DNA of 64,000 bases from positions 9,645 through 73,644 of the IMG/VR virus record IMGVR_UViG_3300010401_000003. The stretch is one strand, 5' to 3'. The DNA is from a virus. Numbering within the stretch: position 1 is the stretch's first letter; every line of letters begins with the position of its first letter. Shown piece by piece: positions 54,983 to 64,000 of this stretch. Position numbers and translations under genes: made by a program. The notes beneath the pieces were generated by a model. The model did not search any database. It had not been told where the DNA came from and was given only the letters and a program-made list of their open reading frames with translations.

Positions 54983-55334
54983 GGCTCACCGCTTCGCTTT
55001 CTTCAGAGGTTAGGAAATCGATCCACTCGCGCGGCTCGCAAGCTCGGAAGCCGCGCTGCAAGTCGTACAGATAGCAATGGGGGTTCGGGGAGATTTCGCC
55101 GGCGGCAAAGCCGTTGCCGATGCTCTCGATTTCGCGCGATCGTTTGATGCGCTTCGCGTGGTCCGTTTCGGGCCGGACACCTTCTAAGAGCGTGGTTCCA
55201 TGCTCGTGCAGAACCCAGCCGAAGGGGTGCCCGTCGTGCACGCGGAGAAACGCGCGATCGTGCTTCGTGAGATCCGTCTTGAACGAAAGCGGCAGCCCGA
55301 GACGCGCGGACTCCGCGCGCATGGCGAGATACAC
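54963..55334 (-). CDS. Hypothetical protein
   Basis: DLTKHDR..FGWVL..GT pattern; co-oriented. Confidence 0.5.
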   Translation of the reverse strand: MYLAMRAESARLGLPLSFKTDLTKHDRAFLRVHDGHPFGWVLHEHGTTLLEGVRPETDHAKRIKRSREIESIGNGFAAGEISPNPHCYLYDLQRGFRACEPREWIDFLTSEESEAVSHETINP

Positions 55335-55624
55335 GGCCGCATCGTTGAACGTGGCGCGGCCGCGCTCGGATCGTCGTGGGCGAAAGTGTCACTTTGCACG
55401 GGCTCGACTATGAAGGTGCCTACGAGCGCACGTTCCGGCTCGGAGATTTGGCCGACGGTCATACAAAATGGTGGCGCGCTCGGGGACGATCCTTGTCCCG
55501 TTCGCGAGCCTGACGGACGCGGAGCTTCTCTCCGAGATTCCGAAAGCCGCGCGGCGTCCTTCGATCACGCGGCCTTGTCGCCGCGTGTCGCGATATTTGA
55601 CGTCGCGGATTTCGATCGTGCGGC

Positions 55625-56062
55625 TCATGACAGCACCGAACGCGTGCGGCCCGAGACTACCGCCACCACGATATGGTCACAGAACGCGATCCCGACCGCG
55701 TCACACCCCGCGCGCACGGCTTCCGTCATGAAGCGATCTTCCGGCGACGGCGTAGGATCCTCGCTTGGATGATTGTGAGAGAGAATGATCCGCGAAGCGT
55801 TCAAGGTGAGCGCCGCGCGAAGCACGTCTGCAACGGTCACCGCGCAACCATGCAAGCCGCCCCGCGCTACCTCGACAAGCCCGATCACATTGTTTCGGGC
55901 GTCGAGCCCGAGAAGTAGCAGGCACTCCCCCGCCGGTCGCATGACGCGGAACCACGCTAAGAGAGTGCGCGTGGCGTGGTCGAAGTCCGGCGCGCTCGCT
56001 TCGGCGACGTTTAGAACGCGTTCACGCCGTAGCGTGAGCCGATACTGGATAACCTTGGACAC
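55625..56062 (-). CDS. RadC-like JAB-domain protein
   Basis: E..LDARN..ILSHNHPSEDPTPSPED..DHIVV. Confidence 0.9.
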   Translation of the reverse strand: MSKVIQYRLTLRRERVLNVAEASAPDFDHATRTLLAWFRVMRPAGECLLLLGLDARNNVIGLVEVARGGLHGCAVTVADVLRAALTLNASRIILSHNHPSEDPTPSPEDRFMTEAVRAGCDAVGIAFCDHIVVAVVSGRTRSVLS

Positions 56063-56239
56063 TTTCTCACCGCTTTCTTTCGGGACAAGCCCCGAAGCCT
56101 CGAACGCTGGCGCTAATCCTTTGGTCAGGCACCCGCCAAAGCGGTGAAACCAAAGCGGGCCGTTTCCCTTGGTGCTCGGCCCAGCGTTCGAGGCTTCGAA
56201 GCGCGAGCCATGGTGGCTCGCGCCCGAATTTCCGCGCCG

Positions 56240-56856
56240 CTAGATGCGCGCGGGCATCACCACAATCGTCGCTTCTCCCTGATAGTCCGCGTTCTCGCCC
56301 ATGAACGAAGCATCCACGCGGGCCGGATCTAACTCTTGCCCAAGTCGCAACTGACAGAGCGTCGTTTTGCAGCCGTGACTTTCGGCAATCTCCCCCAGCA
56401 CACCGAGTGCCGCGAGATAGAAGGCATTGAACCCGACGCATGCGGCCGGCTCTGGCATGTTCGCGATCGTCGGAATGACTTGATCCGCGGGCGGGAAAGT
56501 CGCGTCGACTTTCGGAAGCGCGGCTTGGACGTCACCCGACGCGATCGTAAAGCCCTTTCCCCTGGGGTGACGCGGACCTTTGTGCGCTTGCTTCCCAAGC
56601 CCTTCAGCGCGGCTTGGAGCTTCTTGGCGTTGACTAGGTGCTCCACGGCTTCCTTCGTTTCGTTGTCGCGTGGCTCGGTCGACTTGGCCGCGTCGATCTT
56701 GATCAACCGGTGCCCGTCCGTTGCGACGACACGCCCGCGACCCGTATCGAAACAGACGCTGGCCATGTGCGGCCGCGTGAAGTCCGCGCTTGCGTAGGAT
56801 GTCACCGCGCGAAGCTCCGCGATCGTTGCCTCGAACGTTCCGTTTTCGTATTTCAT
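56240..56856 (-). pseudogene. DNA polymerase III beta-clamp-like protein, frameshifted near 56555
   Basis: ASAD.TRPHM.SV..VATDGHRL in frame 0; FPPADQVIP..VGFNAFYL in the -1 frame. Confidence 0.65.
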
Positions 56857-57272
56857 TGGCTCACCGCTTTTCATGTCGGGCTCGATTGCCCGAGTCGACG
56901 CGCTAGCCATGCTGGCGCGCCGAGTCGGTCTCGCGAGGTTACTTGGGGAAGTCCGGCAATCCGTTGATCCCGATGCGCTTCCAAGTGTCGATCGCGTGCT
57001 CACGCGACCGGTAGATCCAATGTCCGTCCGCTCTGAACCAACGTTCGAACCGTTCCCATGCGGCCGCGTTATTCATCGTCGCACGCGATTACCAGATCCC
57101 GGTAATCGTCCATTTCGTCGACGCCGTAAGCGCCGGGCGCCTGGCACTCGCCCGCATGCGGAGCGCAGTCCGCGACTTTGCAATCGGCGCAAAGTACCTT
57201 CCCGCTTTCACCGTCCGATGCGATCGCAATTTCGCAGCAATCGCGACAATTGCAGCAAACATAGCCGGACAT

Positions 57273-57638
57273 TTAGAAGCCCTCCGCTTGCACGTCGGCC
57301 GGCATGTAGGCTCGGAGCCAGGGATAGGCGCGTAGTGCCGCTCGGATTTGTATGTCGGCCGCTTTTCGGTCTTCGCCGTACTTGAGGCGCCAGTAGTCAA
57401 TCAAGCCCTTAAACGACAAGCGGACTTCTTGCGGCTTGTCGGCCGTGGCTTCCCGCTCGTTTCGGGCGCGGCATGTCTCACAAAGGTCCGTTTCGTCGAA
57501 TTGCGATCGCAACGCCTCCGCATCTTGCTTGCTCACGCGAGACCAGCGCTCCCAAACCCAAGAGTCGGATCCGCGCATGGGCGCGTGCTTTTCGCATGCG
57601 ATCGCGCCTCTTTCGCTCCAAAACAATGTTTTTCCCAT
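57273..57638 (-). CDS. Hypothetical Zn-binding protein
   Basis: CEKH..CETC; preceded by a start-associated sequence. Confidence 0.55.
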   Translation of the reverse strand: MGKTLFWSERGAIACEKHAPMRGSDSWVWERWSRVSKQDAEALRSQFDETDLCETCRARNEREATADKPQEVRLSFKGLIDYWRLKYGEDRKAADIQIRAALRAYPWLRAYMPADVQAEGF

Positions 57639-57741
57639 TGGCTCACCGCTTGTTTCGCGCGTCTTATCGGCGTCTTTTCCGATCGTCGTGCCATGTTCTC
57701 ACCGCTTGTCGTGCGCCCGACTCGGGCTCGTACGGACATCT

Positions 57742-57757
57742 AGCACCGGACATGCCA
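57742..57757 (-). promoter_or_regulatory. Sigma54 (-24/-12) promoter
   Basis: TGGCATGTCCGGTGCT versus consensus TGGCACG-N4-TTGCW, with exact GG-N10-GC spacing, heading the leftward early cluster. Confidence 0.6.
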
Positions 57758-57860
57758 CACCGGACCGGTGCGCCAAGCGCCCGAAACTACTATAACGACG
57801 TAGTTTTACCGCGTAGGACGATGCGCACTTGGCGCCCGGACGGTTCGCACTCGGAGCGAA

Positions 57861-58514
57861 CTACGGTTCGCCTGTCTTTTTGACCTTGGCCCAACGGTCA
57901 AAACGACCGTTTTTCCAGGTTCGGCCGGAGAGGATCGCCTTGATCGTTTCGTGCGACACGCCGAAAAGAGCGCCGATGGCTTTCCGCTTGGCGCCTAGCT
58001 TGGCGAGCCTACGGATGAATCGGACGTCCCTCTCGGTCAGTTTCGCTTTCCAGTGCCGCTCCCCTTGGCGGTAGCGGCCTTTTCTGGCGCAGTCCTGATT
58101 ATTCTCTCGGCGCGTCCCGAGGAAAAGATGACCGTCGAGCACGCAAAGCGGGACGTCGCAGCGATGACAGACGCACATGCCGGGCGGGATCGGTCCGTGG
58201 TGCAATCGCCATGCGACGCGGTGTGCCGACTCGCGCTTTTTGGTGTCGCGATCGTAGACGTAACCATAAGTCATTCCGCGACGATCCGTGCGAGTAGGGC
58301 CAATCCAGATCACGCATGCGCCCGATTGCTTCGTTTTCGACCAGAACCACTCATCCACGGCGCTTAACGCCGATTGTAGCGCTCTCACACAGAATTTTTC
58401 GCGCCTTTTGGTCAGTAGTTTTTTGGTGATTTCGTTACGGGGTTCCGCAACTTTGGGGATCCGCGGCCGCTCATCCGCCGCGGCACCGCCGCGGAGGCGC
58501 CACAAGCCGGCCAT
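57861..58514 (-). CDS. HNH endonuclease with C-terminal HTH (true start probably ~58390)
   Basis: CVIWIG..YG..AHRVAW..VCHRCDVPLCV..HLFLGT..N; AKLTERDV. Confidence 0.85.
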   Translation of the reverse strand: MAGLWRLRGGAAADERPRIPKVAEPRNEITKKLLTKRREKFCVRALQSALSAVDEWFWSKTKQSGACVIWIGPTRTDRRGMTYGYVYDRDTKKRESAHRVAWRLHHGPIPPGMCVCHRCDVPLCVLDGHLFLGTRRENNQDCARKGRYRQGERHWKAKLTERDVRFIRRLAKLGAKRKAIGALFGVSHETIKAILSGRTWKNGRFDRWAKVKKTGEP

Positions 58515-58542
58515 TGCGCGGCCGCTACGGCGATGTTATACC
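58514..58542 (+). promoter_or_regulatory. Putative sigma70-type promoter for the rightward cluster
   Basis: TTGCGC-N17-TATACC with TG extension, 8 nt before ATG 58551. Confidence 0.35.
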
Positions 58543-58550
58543 CGGCGCTT

Positions 58551-60588
58551 ATGAGCAATGAGACGGTGAGCAGCGGCCCCGATTTCGACTTCGATCCCGA
58601 TCGCACCGATTGCAAGAAGTGTGGCCGGCAGAATTGCCCAGACTTCCGCCGGCGCCCTGACGGCGGCGTGACCATCGGAGAGCACGTGGATGCGCTCGAG
58701 GGGCTCGAGGAGCCGCGGGTGGGCATCAATTTCAATGACGAGCAGGCGCGCGACCTGTGCGCTTGGCTCCGAAAACACGGCTACGGCGACTGAGGCGCCC
58801 GTGGATCTCTGGCTTTTGGCCTTCCAGGCCGCGGCGATGACGTTCGTGGTGACGCGAAGCGGGCTTTTTGCTCCGCTCCGAGAGCACGGCCCCGCGGGGT
58901 GGCGCTCCTTTATAGGGTGCTCGCTTTGCGTCGGGGTGTGGGTGGGGATGCTCCTCACCGCGGCGCAGCTCGCGGCGGCTGGCTATCGGCCGGCGAGCTC
59001 CGCGGTCTTTTGCTCTTGGGCGCTGATGGCCCTCGGCACCGGCGCTCTTTCGGGCGTGGTCGCCCTCGGCTTCACCGTGGCGATCGACTTTGCCGACGGC
59101 GTCGCGAGCTCAGTGGAAAAGCTCGCAACGCGTCCGATCGCCGAGCGCAAAAACGAATAGCGAGCCGACTGATGGTGCACACGAAAATCCGCGGTGAACT
59201 AACGAGCTTTACGCTGAGCTCGAAAGGCGAGGCTCTCCCGGGCGAATACGCCGAGGCGAGAAGCGCGCGTCGAGCTCTGCAATTCTGCAAGCACACGCTG
59301 CAAATGCTCGAGGACACGATCAACGTCGGCGAGCATCGCTTGATCACCAGCGTGGACCTCCGCTGCTATTCGCGGCTCTGCCACGACTGCTCCATGGCCA
59401 AGGCGCGGGAGGCGTTCAAGTGACGCCGCCGCTGGTGACGGTGCATTGGTCGGAGTGGCTGCTTGTCCCGACGACCGTGAAGATCGGCTGCGACGAGTCG
59501 AGCTCGAGCATTGCGATGATGACCGCGGACGGGCAAAGCGGGCTCGATGACTCGAGCCGCCGCTTCGACTTCGACACGACGCGCGTCACCTGCGCCGACT
59601 GCAAAGCGCTAATCGCCGAAGCGCTCCAGGTGCGGCCGTGAAACGCGCTTGTCCGTTCTGCGGGCGGACGCTCCGCTATCGGAGTCGGCACGCCTGCTAC
59701 AAGTGTTTGCCGCAACTGGTGTCGGCTCTGATTGCTCTCAGCAAGTTCGCGCGGAGTCTTCGGTGAGCTACGACACCACTCCGATCCCCGTGACTTGGAC
59801 GCACGCTTGCGGCTTTCGCGAAGTGGTGTGCGGCAAGAAAACACCTGACACGAAGCGCTACTGCAAGCGGCACCGGATCTGGACCGAAGAGCAGTGCCAC
59901 GAGTGCGCGCGCTGCAAAGAGTGCGTGGCAGCTCGGCGGCGCTCGGAAGTTGCTCGATGAAATGCGAGGCGCAATGGTTTTGCATCAACAACAACGGCAA
60001 GCGCCCGACGCCGTGCAAACAGCCCGCGTCGATCGAGCTCGAGGGGCGTCGACTCTGCTACGTGCACCATTCGGTCGTGAAGGCGGGTTACGCGACCCTC
60101 GCGCAAGTGCTCGCGGGAGAGCGACCGCGGCGTGCCACCGATCACTGCTCACCGCCCGGGGACGTGGTCTCGTGACCGACAAGCAACGCCCGTCGGTCGT
60201 TTCGTTAAACGGCATCTGCTCGAGTTGCTCTCGGATGGAGCCGCTCTTCCGGAACCCGCTCGGCCCCTTGGCGCTTTGCTACGAGTGCTTACGAGACCGC
60301 GAGCCGCTCGCGAGCGAGAGCCAGTGCACGTGTCCGCAGTGGGTGATTCGGGGCGACTGCCCGACTCATGGTTTTCCGATTCCCAGGTGACGAGAGGAGA
60401 ATGCGGTGAGCGACGACAAACGATGTAACCACGGATTTCTGCGCGGTCTCTGCGTCATGAATAACTGCGCCCACTTCGATGGCGCGAGCGATTGGAAAGC
60501 GCGGCTCAAGACGCGCTTCAGCCACGCCAAGGGTGACGGGCGCGTAATTCGGGTCAAGAGCGTCACGCAAAAGGAGCGGGCGCGATGA
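58551..60588 (+). other. Cluster of small, mostly Cys-rich hypothetical genes (58551-58793, 58801-59160 membrane, 59172-59423, 59420-59641, 59649-59960, 59957-60175, 60172-60390, 60406-60588)
   Basis: Coupled plus-strand ORFs with CxxC pairs. Confidence 0.55.
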
Positions 60589-61490
60589 GCGACGAAGCAC
60601 GCGCAGCGGTCGCTTACATCGAGCGCGATTCCGATCACCGCATCCTATGCGTCTGGAACAAACGTTACGGCGGATGGGGGATGCCGGGCGGAAAGGTCGA
60701 AGACAACGAGACCGTGGTGCAGGCGCTTGCTCGCGAGCTCGGCGAGGAAACCGGTCTATCGATCGCGGGGCAGCCCGAGGCGATCTACGATGCGCCGCAC
60801 AAGACCAAACCGATTCCCGGAGTCAGCGGCCGCGGCTCTTGGGTGATCGTGTTTCGCGTTTGGGCACGCGGGCAGCCCAAGGAGATGGAACCGGGCTGTC
60901 CGGTTACTTGGCTCACGCGCGAGGAATTCCTTCGGTGGTCGCCGTTCCGGGATTTTTATGAGCTGATGTTCGAGACGATTTTTCCTCCGGAGTGCAGCTG
61001 TGCGGAAATTCAGCGGAGGGATCCGAAGCGGCATTTCAAGGGATGCGCTCTCCGCGTCGAGCTCGCTGAAGCGCGCTGCTGTTGCGCGAAGATTCACTTC
61101 CCGTCGGGGGAGGTTTTCGGAAATCCCTGCCCCGCCTGTCCGCTCCACGGCGACAACGCTGTGCATGCAGCCCAACTTGGCCAGCGGCTGACCGGCGGCG
61201 GCCCGCTCACTTATCCCGACGGGAGTCTCGTAGAGGGTCCGGATCCGAAAGGCTTTCCCGAGTGCGTGCGCAACGGCGGCTCGAGCCGCATGTGCGAGCG
61301 CGGAACCAAGGGATGCGAGATCCACCACGGCGGTGTTTTCGGCTGCACCTGCAAATACCCCTATCCGCATCCGCTCAAAGGCGGCGGCGGTTTCCAAGTG
61401 CACCAATCGGACTGCGCGATTGGTGGGATTTCACCGGCCAAGGATTGCACCGTTCCGGAGACGGAAGGCTTTCGGGAGCGAAAAGAATAA
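60585..61490 (+). CDS. NUDIX hydrolase fused to Cys/His-rich modules
   Basis: GGKVEDNETVVQALARELGEETG; C-terminal CxC...C..H modules. Confidence 0.8.
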   Translation: MSDEARAAVAYIERDSDHRILCVWNKRYGGWGMPGGKVEDNETVVQALARELGEETGLSIAGQPEAIYDAPHKTKPIPGVSGRGSWVIVFRVWARGQPKEMEPGCPVTWLTREEFLRWSPFRDFYELMFETIFPPECSCAEIQRRDPKRHFKGCALRVELAEARCCCAKIHFPSGEVFGNPCPACPLHGDNAVHAAQLGQRLTGGGPLTYPDGSLVEGPDPKGFPECVRNGGSSRMCERGTKGCEIHHGGVFGCTCKYPYPHPLKGGGGFQVHQSDCAIGGISPAKDCTVPETEGFRERKE

Positions 61491-61494
61491 CCCC

Positions 61495-61971
61495 ATGGGC
61501 CGCCGCCTGAACCCAAACTGCACCGGATGCGGGATACCTCGCGTCAATGGCCCCGACTTCTACAAAGAGAAGAGCGGGAATCCGCGCCCACATTGCAAGC
61601 GCTGCATGGGCAAGTCGGCAGCTCGGTGGCGCGCTCGCAATCCAGACAAGCATCGGGTGATCTATCGCCGCTGCAATCATCGCGTGAATGTTCGCCAACG
61701 GTTTGGGTTGAGCGTCCAGCAATTCGGCGTATTGCTCGCATCATCGAACGGCAAATGCGCGATCTGCGCTCGCCCTGAGGGTCGCTCAGACCGACGGCGG
61801 CTTTCACTCGACCACGACTACACAACGGGAGCGCTTCGCGGCTTCCTCTGTTCGCACTGCAATCTTGCGATTGGCGTTTTTCACCACGACGTTGTCTGGT
61901 TGCAGCGCGCCATCGATTACCTTCGCAGCGGTGTCGATTTGCGTGATCTGCTGAAAGTTGGTGTCACATGA
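61495..61971 (+). CDS. Endonuclease VII-family (recombination endonuclease/homing-type) protein
   Basis: CAIC..LSLDHDYTTGALRGFLCSHCNLAIG; N-terminal CTGC..CKRC. Confidence 0.85.
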   Translation: MGRRLNPNCTGCGIPRVNGPDFYKEKSGNPRPHCKRCMGKSAARWRARNPDKHRVIYRRCNHRVNVRQRFGLSVQQFGVLLASSNGKCAICARPEGRSDRRRLSLDHDYTTGALRGFLCSHCNLAIGVFHHDVVWLQRAIDYLRSGVDLRDLLKVGVT

Positions 61972-63773
61972 CCGAACCGAGCCCGACTCTGCTTCCGATT
62001 CCAATGCTGCTGTGGTGTCCCAAGTGCGGCGAGCGTCATATCGACGCTGGAGAATTCGCAACCCGGCATCACTCGAGCCACGCATGTCAATTTTGCGGAC
62101 TGGTTTGGCGGCCGGCGATCGTGCCCACGGTCGGTGTCGCGTTTCTACCGGGGTTCAAGGACAAAGCGGAGGCACCATGAGCGAATACCAAATCGTAGAT
62201 GGCGTCGAGATTGCTCCCGAGAACGAGTGCATCGTTTGCGGGCTGAAGCGACAGGCGGACGTGCAGCGCTGGGGGATTTACCTTGCCGGATCGATTCCGC
62301 TTGGCGCGCTCGCTTGCTCGCCCCGCTGCGCCGCGCTCGCGGTCGATCGCATGAAGGAAACCGGGCGAGTCGACGATCGGAACGAGGAGCATTGACCGTG
62401 CTGATCACCGAACATCTTCCGGACTGTCCGCTCGGCTCTGCACTCGGCCCGGTCGCGATTGAGTGCATACACGGCTACGACGTTTGCCCGCAGTGCGATC
62501 CCTGCCGCTGCGACGGCACTACTAAGTACGCGATCGAAACATGGCAGACCGAGCGCGGCTGGTCCGCTCGCGAATCGTTCACGAGGCTCGAGGCAGTCGG
62601 CGGCTTGAGCGAACAGCACGCTTTCAACGAAGTCGCGGGCGCTCTGCTAATCGCTCTCGGCCATCGTCGACACCCGCCGACTCGGATCGCGCTCGTTACC
62701 GTGCGGCTCGGTTCCGATCCCGAAAGCAACCAAACCAAGGAGCCATGATGCGCTTGACGATCAGAAAGAGCGACTGGATCGACGATTGGTGGCTAATCGA
62801 ACGCGCTGAGCATGATGGCCGTCAGTGGATGGAGAAAGTAGGCCCAAATGCGATGGGATGCGGCAGTTGTAATTTTCCGCTTCGCACAAGCTCCCGGTTT
62901 TCGGACGCGGACGTCGAAGGATACGGCTCCGAGATGCTCTCTCTCGCGGCGGCGATCACCGAGCGCTCGAGCTTTCGCGCGAAACGCTGCGCCGTGGCAG
63001 TGAAGGGGCAGACCGCCGAGTTTTGGTCACCGCGCAATAGCCAGGAGCACGGCGTTGTGACCATCGAGGAGGCGGACGAGCTCGCCGCGCTGATTGTCGC
63101 CACCGTCCCCCAAAGCACCCAAACCCCGGAGCCGAAATGATTTTGCTTTTCGAAGTTCCCTGCGATGTCGATTTCCGTTTCTACGGCACCGTTGGCTCTC
63201 AGGCGACCGCGTGCAGCGAGGATCGGGACACGGTTGCAGTCGAATGTGATCCGGAGGATCGCCCCAAGGTGATCGCTCTATTTCGTAAGCTTCTTTCGCT
63301 GCTGGAATCTGGTCGGCCCACTGATCCGGAGCCGAACAAATGAGCACCGAGGGGCGCCTGGTGATCAAGGCCGTCATCACCATCTGTAACGGCTGCAAGC
63401 GCGAGATTACGTACTACCCGGATCCGCCGCTGGTTGGCGCCGAAGCGCTGATGGCTTGGACCAAGACGGAGCTCCGTCAGTGCAGTTGCGGGGCGGTCAC
63501 GTGTGATTTGAAGATCCCGCTTCCGCCGGACTTCGAAACCGGGCTGACGAGTGCGCCGAAGGAGGAGCCATGAAACAGCACACGCTTGTCGCACTGCTCC
63601 TGTCCGCCTGCGCCTCGAGCCAACAGCCCGAGGCTTGCCCCAAGTGCTACGCGATCGACGAAGTCGCGCCCTACGACCCCCCGAACCGCGTCGTCATCCT
63701 GTGCGATCAACCGGACGCAGGAGCGCCCGTGGACGATCCCGACGCGGAGCCGACGGGACCGATTTCCTTCTGA
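61968..63773 (+). other. Cluster of small coupled genes (61968-62180, 62178-62395, ~62392-62748, 62745-63140, 63137-63343, 63340-63573, 63570-63773 lipoprotein)
   Basis: ATGA-coupled ORFs with GGAG RBS; Zn-finger motifs; last has lipobox LLLSAC. Confidence 0.55.
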
Positions 63774-64000
63774 TCAAACCCACGGAGAAAGCAGCCAATG
63801 CAAGTGAGAGAGATCAAATGAGCACGGGGTGGTCGATGATCGCGCTTGCATCTGCGATGGGCCACGAAGGCGCGACGCAAGTACTCGAAGACCACGTCGA
63901 AGAGTGCTTCAAAAACTGGCAACCCGTGGACAGCCTAAAAGCGGAGAACCCAATGGACGAACCCATTCCCGACCTTCTGATCAAAGTTGCCGATGTCCTC

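Larger units (their letters stand above)
54985..57707 (-). repeat. Five copies of start-associated sequence AAGCGGTGAG
   Basis: Plus-strand CTCACCGCTT at 54985, 56066, 56860, 57642 and 57698, each 2-3 nt before a minus-strand start codon. Confidence 0.8.

Noticed and set aside
55625-56062. JAB domain as part of a ubiquitin-like or CBASS defence system
   Set aside because: Sequence is RadC-type and sits among mobile-element early genes (DUF3560); no E1/E2, cyclase or Ubl neighbours.
57861-58514. HNH / EndoVII genes as intron- or intein-associated elements
   Set aside because: They appear free-standing between genes; no split host gene or splice motifs seen.
1-64000. Integrated prophage boundaries, tRNA genes, att sites
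   Set aside because: No integrase, tRNA cloverleaf or host genes recognised; both window ends fall within phage-like gene runs.

Overview
The whole window reads as one high-GC viral or virus-like replicon: genes are densely packed with many ATGA/GTGA overlaps, and I saw no host housekeeping genes, rRNA, tRNA, CRISPR array or integrase. Layout: (i) ~1.2-41.3 kb is a long, mostly minus-strand structural/late region. It holds a transglutaminase-like Cys enzyme, an Arg-rich/membrane/LysM protein, three candidate capsid proteins, about 14 C-terminally anchored membrane proteins, lysis genes and five fibre/spike proteins, and is interrupted by a glycosylation island (12.2-22 kb: gmd, methyltransferases, three GT genes). 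(ii) 41.3-50.5 kb is a replication/regulation block with an HUH rolling-circle Rep, an RHH protein and an atypical C5 methyltransferase. (iii) 50.5-64 kb holds two divergent clusters of small early-type genes. I recognised no terminase, portal, tape measure, DNA polymerase or packaging ATPase. The best inference is a large tailless, membrane-containing virus of a Myxococcota-like host. The most novel signals are: a shared 'W...(G)xLG' leader/domain-boundary motif across the tail-anchored proteins, next to one intact and one dead transglutaminase-like domain; a shared 'QLQLSSPxGxW' N-terminal adaptor on five fibre proteins; recurring 'NP' motifs in Arg-rich segments; and a sigma54 promoter followed by repeated start-associated sequences. 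All family assignments come from motif recognition by eye; no searches were run.
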